Shown: positions 20,463 through 30,600 of the stretch, piece after piece | Layout: each line of letters opens with the position of its first letter | How positions within the stretch are numbered: position 1 is the first letter of the stretch | DNA from: Chrysochromulina tobinii | Taxonomy: Eukaryota | Assembly (NCBI GenBank): GCA_001275005.1 | Contig: JWZX01003168.1 | Span: 1-38,696 of the forward strand | DNA: 38,696 nt | Reading direction: 5' to 3' | Notes under the pieces: model-generated | The model's input: only the letters and a program-made list of their open reading frames with translations | What the model was told of the DNA's origin: nothing | Databases searched by the model: none | Made by a program: the position numbers and the translations under genes

Positions 20463-23400
20463 ATGCCGATCACGTTCGCCATTCACTACAAGCTCGCGGC
20501 CATGGGAGCCTCGGCCGACGACACCAAGCGCGACCGTGCGCTGCACCCGGTCTATGAGGCGGCCGGCAGCGCGAAGTTTGATGGATGGCTTCTTCACCCG
20601 CCGCGCGACGGCGAAGTCGACGGCGGCATCGCCGGTGTCCTTCCGGGCACGCTGGCAAAAATTTGCATGGCATTCGTGCAGTGTGGCGACGATATTGTCA
20701 ACGAAAGCGTCGGGGATAATGGCCTCATACTGGCAGTCGCCTGGGAACGCATCCTCACCACCCTCGCCGAGGTGCACGGGGGGGATGGCTCGAAGGCCAT
20801 TTCGCTGGGCTGCCTCTACGAGGACATGGACGCCAAGCTCTCCAAGGCCACGCCGGTACAGCTCGCTCAGCTCACTCTCTACAAGCACGACCTCGGATCG
20901 TCCATCTCGTTGGCGAGTAAGCCTGTGGCCCCGGTACCGAGCACTGACCCAGCGGCGGCTGCGGCCAATGCGGCGGCGCTCCTTGTGCACGCGCAAGCGC
21001 TGGGCAATTGGGAGGGCAACGAGAAGCACCCCTTCACCTGGCTTCGCCTGCTCACGTTTGGCGACCTGCGCGACAACACTACGGGGCGCCTCGGCGCACT
21101 CGGAAGGCTGATGTGCGCCACCCCCACGTGGGTCTCGGACACGACGCGCGGCGAGGCCATATTCCGGCGCACGCTCACGGCCCTCGCCAAAGCCGCGATC
21201 GAGGGCACCGACATCCAGGTCGGCGACGCCGACGACGTGGCGGGCTGCGTGGCCGAAAAGCTGAAGCTCATCGATCTCCCTCGCGCGATGGAGAGCTTCG
21301 GCGGAGCCACGCAGGAGGCGCGCTCTCGCGCGCTCCTCAAGGAGATCAAGGCGATTGTCAACCCCGCCGCGCGGCAGGAACTTCTTCGCGAACGCTTCAT
21401 CGAGGCCATCGACCGGCTGGCGGGCGTACGGGCCCTCGTGGGCATCCGCGCTGGCGGCGGGTGCGACATGGGCAGCTCCGCATGCTTCGGACTTTGCGCG
21501 GAAGTGGCTACTCGGATGGGCCTCTGCCGCTCGGAGGACGAGTTCTCCTGGGCGTCGCTGCGGGCGCTGCGCGACGAGATCGCTCACCTCGACGAGATGC
21601 TCAGCGCCGAGCCATGGGTCCACCGCACGGCGCGCGACCGTGCGGATCGCGTCATCGATTTCCACCGGACGCAAGCGAAGCGGTCGTCCGCCGCGTCGGT
21701 GCTGTACTCTACGCCCGACCGGACCGCGACGGGACGCAGCCCGGACACCGCGCTGACCGCGGCGGAGTCGCGTCTAAGAGGCACCGTGCCCAGACACTTC
21801 CAAGGGGACTTGTCTCAGGCTACTTCCAATACGCAGTGGCTCGCGCTCAAGGCGGCCATCATCGGCCGTCTAGCGTTGGGCGGCAAAGGATGCCACCTGG
21901 ACGCCATGCAGATCGGGGCATCCGGCGTTGCCCTCGACCCGGCTACGAATATGCCCAAGCAGCGCCAATGGTGCCCGCTGATGGCCATGCTCGCCGAGGG
22001 CGCCACGCGTGGCGTGGATGCGGCAACACTCGATCCGGAGCTGCAAGCACTCACCGACGCAGCGCGCGACCGGTGGCCGGAACTGTACGGCCGCACAGCA
22101 GGGCTCCAACTGGCGCTCGATAAGACGACGCTCCCCGAGGAACTGGAGGGCTGGTGCCTGGACGAGCTGGCGAAGGCATTTGCGTCCGCCGACTGGAGCG
22201 CCATCGACCTCGGCGCGGCATTCGAGCAAACGCGGGCACGCATGCGCTGCGAGAAGTTCGAGGCCGGGCCCGCGGACAAGGCGTACACGAACAGGCGCAG
22301 CATCGAAAATGCTCTCAAGGTAGCCGAGCCCATGCTCATGCTGAGAGGCTTCGGCGGCAACGGCAAGGGCACGTTACCCTTCGTCCTCGAGGAGGTGCGC
22401 CAATCATGGGTCCTCTACGGCGGTCAAGGGGCGCACGAGAAAACCCTCGCGAAGCTAGCTTCGGAAGGGCGCGCATACGTGGTCGACACCCTCGCACATT
22501 TTGGTCGCGTACGCCACGCGGCCATCGCAACCAAGAACCCTCTCGCCCCGGACCACGAGCGCACGACCACGGCGGCGGCAGCTCAGCGCTGGGCGCGCCA
22601 CCTGATTAAGCTGCAGGGCGCTCTCAGCCTCGCCAGCTACGCCGAATATTTTGGCGGCGGGGGCGCGGGCGGAGGCGGCGGAGGCGCGAGCGGGCAATCT
22701 GGCGACGGCGAAGACGGCAGCGGCGGCGGTGGCAGCGGCCACGGAGCCGGCGGGAGTGGCAAGGCAGCCAAGCGCCAGCGCAAGGAGCCGAATGGAGATG
22801 CCGCGAGCGACACACGCGGTGTGACGATGTCCCTCAACCTCAGGGCCGGCACCCTCACCATCACCCCCAAGGACGGCAAGCCCAGGACCTACATCACCGC
22901 GCGCATGCGCGAGCGCGCCAAGAACCCTAAGCGATGCTGCTTCAAAGGAATGGCGGCGGCGGCGCTCCAGATGCAAGAGCGGGCATTCTGCGACTTCGAC
23001 CACAAAGAAGGCAGCACAGAACACCAATGGGCGGCAGCTGGCCCAAACCTCAGTCTCTGCCGATCTGACGGCGTGGAGCGCCCGAAGAAGAAGCAAAAAA
23101 CGGGTCACGATGACGACACGGCGACCGGCGCGGGCGGCGACGACGCCGACGACGGCGACGACGACGACGGCGACGAAGGCGACGCCGATGACGAGGGCGA
23201 CGCAGATGACGCAGGCGGCGCTGGAGCGGACACCGGAGCCGGCGCCGGCGACCCACCCGCACCCGGCAAATCCTCGGCTGCCGCGCGCGGCGGCGGGAAA
23301 GGCGGGAAAGGCGGCAAGGGCAGAGGCCGCGGCGGCAAGGGCGGCGGGCGGAGCGGCGGCAAGGGCGGTCGCAAGACTGTCGCGTTCACAGCCGCTGCGA

Positions 23401-24698
23401 CCACGGCGCCCACGGGCGCGTCGGGGGACGCCACCTCCACAACAACCGCGGCAGCCGGCATGCTTGCCGACGTCACTCAGGCGGGCTATTCCGAGGACGG
23501 CGGCATTGTACGCGTCACGGACCCTGTCCTCGTACAAGCGCTCACGCGCCTCAACCCGCCAATCACGACCATCACTATCGGCGACGACAGTGGGCTCCTA
23601 CGCGACGCGTCCAATAGCGCGGGATGGCCCGCTGTTTCCACCTCCACACTGCCGTGCACGAGCGCGCGACCAGGATTCAGCTTCGCGGGCGACGTCCGCG
23701 ATGTCCTTCGCGTCGCTCAATGGCGACGTGCGATCGCCGCTCCTGACTGGCGCCAGCAAGCTGCGCGCATGGGCCTCAGCATGGCGGCGGTCAAGGCTTC
23801 GGACGGCCGCATTTTCGCATGTATGGCCGCGTGGCTGTACCTTTGGTGCACAGCAGCGGCAGCTGTGTGCATCATGCAGCCGGATATCTTCACAGTCGAT
23901 TTCTATGACGCGCCCTTCGTTGCCACATCACCGGACGCGTGGGGCGACAACGGCAGCGACAGGACGCTGCTTTTCTGGCGTGGCTCCGCGATGCCAGTGC
24001 CGCCCGACGAGAGTGGCAGCACTGCGGCGCCCGTCCTCGAGCGCGCGCAAGCAGGGGGGCAGGCGTGGGCCCCGTCATCCTCGAAACTCGCACACGGTAT
24101 CGCCACGCAGCTCGTGCCCGACGGCAGCGGACCCGACCTTCGGTTCGCCGTCGAGATCGAGCGACTCGCAGCCGCCATGTACTCGGTAGGGCTCCCTATC
24201 CCGCCATGGTACAGCCGTGAGGACGGCGGGCCGCCCGAGCGGGCGGAGCGCGCCTACATGCACGAGCGCGGGCTCGGCGATGGACGACGATTGGACGGCC
24301 GTACCGTCCCTCTGCTGGCACGACGGGATCTCGGCGATCCCGCTTGGCGTGCCGGCATCAACGAGCGCCTCGCCGACACCCTTATGCACTCGAGCATTCC
24401 AGTGGTGTCACGGCGCGGGCACGCGCTCGCCGATGCGTACAGAGCGCTCCGGCGGACCGACGCTGAGCGCGCGCTACGCAAAAGGGCGGCGCGCGCACAA
24501 CGCCGCCTGGAACACGATCGGCTGCGTCCACGCCGACACGCCCGCAACGAATTCGGTCGCGGTCGTGCCGGGACGCATCGTCCACGGCGTCGTCATGCTG
24601 CTATTCCCTGGCGCCTCGCACGCAGCGGCGACCGTGGCAGGTCGCCCGCTGCCTTGCGCGCACGGCGCCACGTCCGAATCGCGCAAACTCATCACTAG
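20463..24698 (+). CDS. Retroelement ORF1: Gag-like region, Cys/His cluster, acidic and KGG/RGG tracts, degenerate phage-type C5 cytosine methyltransferase-like domain
   Basis: 1411-aa ORF upstream of pol. CC...CDFDH...H at 22935-23024, acidic and GGKGG tracts, MTase-like block at 23562-24113. The Gag call is positional. Confidence 0.75.
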   Translation: MPITFAIHYKLAAMGASADDTKRDRALHPVYEAAGSAKFDGWLLHPPRDGEVDGGIAGVLPGTLAKICMAFVQCGDDIVNESVGDNGLILAVAWERILTTLAEVHGGDGSKAISLGCLYEDMDAKLSKATPVQLAQLTLYKHDLGSSISLASKPVAPVPSTDPAAAAANAAALLVHAQALGNWEGNEKHPFTWLRLLTFGDLRDNTTGRLGALGRLMCATPTWVSDTTRGEAIFRRTLTALAKAAIEGTDIQVGDADDVAGCVAEKLKLIDLPRAMESFGGATQEARSRALLKEIKAIVNPAARQELLRERFIEAIDRLAGVRALVGIRAGGGCDMGSSACFGLCAEVATRMGLCRSEDEFSWASLRALRDEIAHLDEMLSAEPWVHRTARDRADRVIDFHRTQAKRSSAASVLYSTPDRTATGRSPDTALTAAESRLRGTVPRHFQGDLSQATSNTQWLALKAAIIGRLALGGKGCHLDAMQIGASGVALDPATNMPKQRQWCPLMAMLAEGATRGVDAATLDPELQALTDAARDRWPELYGRTAGLQLALDKTTLPEELEGWCLDELAKAFASADWSAIDLGAAFEQTRARMRCEKFEAGPADKAYTNRRSIENALKVAEPMLMLRGFGGNGKGTLPFVLEEVRQSWVLYGGQGAHEKTLAKLASEGRAYVVDTLAHFGRVRHAAIATKNPLAPDHERTTTAAAAQRWARHLIKLQGALSLASYAEYFGGGGAGGGGGGASGQSGDGEDGSGGGGSGHGAGGSGKAAKRQRKEPNGDAASDTRGVTMSLNLRAGTLTITPKDGKPRTYITARMRERAKNPKRCCFKGMAAAALQMQERAFCDFDHKEGSTEHQWAAAGPNLSLCRSDGVERPKKKQKTGHDDDTATGAGGDDADDGDDDDGDEGDADDEGDADDAGGAGADTGAGAGDPPAPGKSSAAARGGGKGGKGGKGRGRGGKGGGRSGGKGGRKTVAFTAAATTAPTGASGDATSTTTAAAGMLADVTQAGYSEDGGIVRVTDPVLVQALTRLNPPITTITIGDDSGLLRDASNSAGWPAVSTSTLPCTSARPGFSFAGDVRDVLRVAQWRRAIAAPDWRQQAARMGLSMAAVKASDGRIFACMAAWLYLWCTAAAAVCIMQPDIFTVDFYDAPFVATSPDAWGDNGSDRTLLFWRGSAMPVPPDESGSTAAPVLERAQAGGQAWAPSSSKLAHGIATQLVPDGSGPDLRFAVEIERLAAAMYSVGLPIPPWYSREDGGPPERAERAYMHERGLGDGRRLDGRTVPLLARRDLGDPAWRAGINERLADTLMHSSIPVVSRRGHALADAYRALRRTDAERALRKRAARAQRRLEHDRLRPRRHARNEFGRGRAGTHRPRRRHAAIPWRLARSGDRGRSPAALRARRHVRIAQTHH

Positions 24699-27600
24699 CG
24701 CCGCCGAGGCGATTGGAGACGTGCTCATCGACGCGGGCGCCGCCCGCGACGCGCACGCTGTACGGGCTCGGAGCGCTCTCGCCGCCATCCTCACACGGGG
24801 AGACGTGTCGCTGGCCATCGTGGTCACACTCGTCCCGCCGCAAGTGGATATCAGCTCAGAGGCGGTCAGCGCAGGCTACTCATGGCAGCGCGCGGCGGCG
24901 GCGGCCGGCTCTCCCCGGCACGCTCTTGCGTGCATTGCGGAGCAATACCTGCTACGCTGGGTTACCGCGTCGAGAGATATCTGCATCGCGGGCGTCCGCA
25001 CCGGGGTCGCCAAGGCGCAGCCTACGGCGCGTGCGCTCGATCCCAATCGCCTGAAGAGCGTCGACATGGATGCCGCTACGCGCGAAGAGGCAAGCGCGCT
25101 ACTCTGTGTGGCAGACGGGCTGCTCGAGGCCGCCGCACGCGAACCGCACCTTGCTGACGCGCTCTTATGCTGGCGCGAGAAGGTCACCACCGCGCGCGAC
25201 TTCGCACCTCCGGCAATCGTCGCCGCGGCTGGGCGGGAGCCGCCCGCCTCTCTGGCGAGCAAGCCCTTCAAGCACCGCTGCACTATCCCGAGCACGACGC
25301 CGGTCCCAGTGCAATGGAAGGCGCCGCGGTGGCCCGTTGGCGTGCCAGCACCGGCGACCTTGCTCGACACGTACACGCCGACGGCCCGCGCCGAAGTGCG
25401 CGCGCAGCTGGAAGCGGTCGCTCGGTGGAACGCGACGCGGGTAGGGGGCACTATGGCGCCCCGCCCCGTCCACCGCAGCTGGAGTGACAAAGCGCGCCTG
25501 CCATGGTTCCAAGGCCGCGTGCTATGGGAACGCGACGGCAAATGCGCGCTCGTCGACGGGCGTCTTCCCGCCACGCGCGTTCGCATGCACCGCGAGGCGG
25601 CGCTCTGGCTGCTGCGCGACTACCCGCACAGGCAACTTGTGTCTTTCCTGGTACATGGGGTCACGCTACACGACGACCTCCCTCTTCAGACGTCCATCGC
25701 CGCCAACCTTCTCTCGTTCTACGACGTGCGTGGCGGACCTGACGGCGTAGCCGAAGAAATGCACGGGCTCAAGGAGCGCGGCTGGTATCTCAGCAGCGCG
25801 GGCCTAATTGCGACATCCGCGGCGGTCGCGTCCACAGCAGCGCAGAAGGCGGACACGGCGGCGATGGCGCCAGTGCAGCCCGCGGCGGAATTGACCTCAC
25901 TGCGAGAGGCGCGTCTGATGACGTCGCCGGCCAGGATAAACCCGCGCGGCGCGGTAGCGCGCAAGGATTTAGGGCCGCCCCGAGGAGTAGCCGAGCTCGG
26001 TCACCCACGGCGCGAAACGGTCACGACCGACACCGGCGAGATCGTCACCTCAGTCAACGAGGCCACCAGCACGGAGCGCAGCGTGGCCACCGGCGACGAT
26101 TTCTGGGCGCGGCCGGAGATCAAGCCAAGGCCGAGCGATCTCGTGCTCAACCTGCTCATCCTTCGGGCCATGGGCAATTGCCTGCGGCCGGCCTTCGGCG
26201 GCACGGCACCGGCCATCCTGCTCATCCTCTTCGACTACAAATACTTCTTCCACTCGCTGGCGTACATGGCAGGCGAGGTGTGGAAAACCGGATGCGCCGT
26301 GCCCGCGCGGGCAGCACCGGGCGTGGCGCACCGTAAGCGCTACGACGTCCTTGCGGAGCTCGTCCTAGCCATGGGGTGGACGCAGGCGAGCAAGGTAGCC
26401 CAGGACTTTGGCAACGCCCTTATGTGGCTGCTACTTCGCGCCTTGGACAAGGCGCTCGCCCCGCACGTTGCCGAACTTCGCGAGGCGAGCAAGGCCTTCG
26501 ACTCGATGTGGAAGGGCAGGCTGGCGCTCCAACATGACGACTATGGTACACAAGCGCGCGTCGTCACCGCGTTGCAATACACTGACGACAGCGTCAAGGC
26601 GTGCCTGGGAGCAACGGCCACCGTCACCACCATTGTTGAATTTTGTCGCATCATTGGGCCTCGCTTCTACGCCGGGCCCGACGCACACGAAGCCGCTCGT
26701 GGCACGGTCACGCGATCCGTCGTTGACGAATACGGTGTCGCGCTGCAGGCGTGGCGGCAGCTCGCGCCCAAAGGCAGCGTACGCGCCCACGGGCGAGACG
26801 AGCCCGCGCCGGCCCATGCTAGCACCGTCCCCATTGGAAGGGGAACCGCCGCTGGCAACCCATTTCCAGTCACCGCAACGCAAGACGCGACTCGGGTGAC
26901 CACGGGCTTCGCCTGCTTTCTCGCCAGCGTGCCAGACACATCAGCGCGCGCGGTCGGAGCCCTTCTGAACTTACAAGTCGCCCAGGGGCATGACGAGCGG
27001 CTCGCAGGGCAGCTCCAGGCATATGCCGATCAGCTCGCCTCTCGCGTGCGCGCGGGAGAGCACCTCGCTCTTCAATGCCCGGGCTGCCGCTGTCCCTTGC
27101 AACCGGGGCGATGCCACGCCACGGTTTTCGCGGCGGCGATCGCACAGCGCTGTTCGATAGCACTGGAGGAGGCGGCAGGTCCGCCGACGGACCCAGTTAT
27201 CGCCCCGCCACGGGAGGCCCTCGGGCTTGATCTCGAGGCGGCCAAGATGCACAAATGGCATCTCGGCGGCAGCGGCATCTGGACGGGAGTCGGCGTGAGC
27301 GCAACATTCCTCGTCATTTGGGTCCCGCAGGCGAAAGCGGTGCGATGCCTGGTCGAGATCGCCGACGTGCTCGACGGGCGCTGCGAGGTGGCTCGGTACC
27401 GCAGCCTTCATGGGGCCCTCGCCGACCTCGTCCTCCCCACTGGTGGTGATTGGTACCGCATGCAGGGCATGGCGGTGCCGCTGCGGAGCGACCAGGAGCT
27501 CGGCGAAGGCCCCAACGTTCTTGTGCGCGAGAGACCGCAACTGTGGAAACGACTCAAGGCCTGGCAGACTCTTCTGGCCAACAGCCCTGGATCACCCATG

Positions 27601-30600
27601 ACCGCCACACTCCCAGCGGCGCATTCAGCCGTGCGCACCGACATCGTCACCTGGGACATTGGCGGTGATGCCGCCAAAGATGGCGTGCCCAAACAGGGCC
27701 TAGGCGCATGGTTCTATGGAGTCTGGTGGTGCGCGCCACTTGGGGACTGGCCTGCGCTCGCAGACGCGCACATCACGTGCCTCGAGCTCGTCGAGGTAGG
27801 GCTCGGCGTCGTCATGACGGCCAGATGGCTCGCCGGGGCGAAGCGCGTACGGCTCCGGGCTGACGCGATGGCAGCCTTCCTCACGCTACGTGCGCGGCGG
27901 GATGACGGCTCGCTCGCGCGCGGCGCACAAGCAGCGGAGCTCGTCGCGGCGCACGAGGTCATCATGCAGCAGCCAGAGTGGAAACGGCTACATGACGGTC
28001 GGTGCGAGATTCTCACCGAGCAAACGTTCGGCGAGAGCATGCTGCTGCACGACGCAGCTAGCCGCAACAACCCCGAGCTCATCCGAGACGTGAGCGCTGC
28101 CCTAGGCGTCGTCCCGAAACGGATCGAGCTCTCGGCACGTGCTCGGGCATACCTGCAGGACGTGTCGAACGCGCTCCTCGACACGCGGCGAGGCGCCGCA
28201 CAGCACGCACCGATGCACGCCGCCGCACTCGAACACGGCGCGGCCGGCAATGGTTCAGGGCCGCGCACGCCCTTCTCTCAGGCATGGCCTGGAGCAGCTG
28301 CCTCATCAGCTCGCGCGATGCAACAGCAGATGCAAGCCGACGAGGGCACGGTAGGCGCGCCTCGGCCGTGCGATGAGCAGCTGTGGCTTTTTATACTTTT
28401 CTACGAATCCTACCTCCTCGCCCTCGACGACGAGGCGCTCGCTGGCTTACCGTCTCCACCGTCAAGCGACTACTGGGATTCGCCCCACTCGATTGACAGC
28501 TACAACAATTGGGAACCACCAGACCTCGATCCGCCTGACGAGTTGTCGCCCGGCGAGTGGTTCCCAACCGGCCTCCATCACGCGTGGTCACCTGGCGACG
28601 ACCCGTACCCCGATTCGCCGCAGGGCTCTGGCGGCGACACCGGCGCGGTCGCGGACGCCGTCGACACCGGCGTGACCTGCGCGGCGCGAGATTCACACGT
28701 ACCCATGCACGCCGCTGCTCTCGAGCACGGCGCGGCTGCCAACGGCACTGGCCCGCGCACGCCCTTCGCTCAGGCTTGGCCGGGTGCGCCTGCCTGCTTG
28801 CTGCGCGCAATGCAACGGCAGACGGGCGACGGCGCATCCGACGCATTCACAGCTGGCGCGGCGCAGCACGCCCGGCAGGCGCACGCCGAAGGGCGTCGCC
28901 ACGGGTGCGCGATGGCACCGGCGCCAGCGCTCGGGGCACCATCGGGAGCACCTGACCTGACCGACAGAGTCCTCGCCCGGCGCACCAATCGGAGGCAGGC
29001 CCAGAGCCCGCCCGAGTGTGACGACGACGAGCACGCGACCGCCTTCTCGGCCGCCCTGGCTCGCTGCGCCTCAGGACGCGCACGTTTTCGCGGTCCAGGC
29101 GCCGACCCTGTCGCGCCTTCCCGCGCCCTCGTCACGGCTCGCGCGGTGGCGCCCCCGCTCCGGGCGGTTGAGATCGCGCGGAACGCGCTGCTTACAACGG
29201 CGGCCGCGCCCGCCATGCCAGTGGCGGCACGGCGTGGAGCGGCCGAGCTCGAAGAATCGCAGCGCATGCTCATAGAGCGCAGCATCAAAGACGCTCGGTG
29301 CGACGAGGACGGCCTCGGCATCAGCGGCGCGAGCGACGAGCTCCTTCGAGGGCTGCTCACGGCGGCAATGCTCGCGGTCGAGAAGCGCTTTGCGCCCTCC
29401 ACTCGCGGGCAGGACCGATCCTACTGGAGAATGTGGGCCGAGTGGTGCGATAGCATCGGCACGCCGCCTCTCCGCACCAATTCCGCCGCCAACGACGGGC
29501 GCATCGAACATCTACACCGGCGCGAGGTTGCCCTGGCTCTGGGCGCTTTCATGACCTGGGCGGCGGAGGCGGAGCAACGCGGCTACAAGACTGAGAGCAT
29601 GCTCAACCGGCTGCGCGGCGTGGCGCGGCGCCACTGGGCGGTCACGATTCGATTCGTGTCCCTCGCGCTCGTCGTGCAGGCGGCGCAGGGGCTTGTGCGC
29701 GAGCACATCGATGCCCACGGCGCTGACGCGCTGCGTCGACGCTCCAAGGAGCCACTTGAGACGGCGGAAATCTTCGCGCTCCTCAATCTCCCGAAGGGCA
29801 CCCTCGTAGCCCACGGGTCCTCGTGCGTGGTAGTCGGCGACAACCTCGAATGGCAGGGCGTGGTCGTCTTCATCAACTTGTACTGCACGGGCGGCTGGCG
29901 CAAGGAGGCCATCGCGCTGGGGCCCAAAGAGGTCTTCGGGGGGCGCAAGCTCTCCTTAAGCGAGGTCACGTATCGCATCGGAGGCACCCTCCACCGGGAA
30001 CCGACCGTCGCGATCCTCCAGCAGATCACGTGGGGCGACATGTGCTACATAAACCCGGTGCCTTGCAAGAATGACCCGGACAACTCGAAATTCGGGAGCT
30101 CGCCGGTACCGTCGCGCTACCACGCGACGCAGCCCATCTGCCTGGTGCGCGAGCTCGCCAAATACGAGATCATGCGCATGCGCGCCGACCCCATCGCCTC
30201 GTCTCGGACGCCCCGCAAGGAGATGCCGCTCGTGCTGTCGCCCGCCGGCCGCTCCTGGGCCAAGGCCGACCTCGGCAAGTTCTTCGACGGGCTCATTCGA
30301 CACGTGTGCTCTGAGGAACGCGCCAAACAGCTCTCGGTACACAGCTTCCGCGTGTGGCTCGCCTGCGCGCTGCTCGCAGCAGGGGCCACGCCGGAGCAGA
30401 TTATGCTGATGGTGCGATGGTCGTCGGAAGCCGCGCGGAAACTTTACGCGAGGCTCGCGATGACGACACAATGCTCGCTCCAGGCCGGCGCCGTCGACGC
30501 CAGCTTCGATTCGATCCGAGCGCACACGCTCCTTGACGCGTCCGCGGCGGCCGCTGTCAGCGACGAAGCGCGCGCCGCCGCAGAGGCGCTGCAGGCGACC

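Noticed and set aside
26659..27225. Intein or spliceosomal intron in the RT
   Set aside because: No N-terminal C/S or C-terminal HN, and no GT-AG at the junctions.
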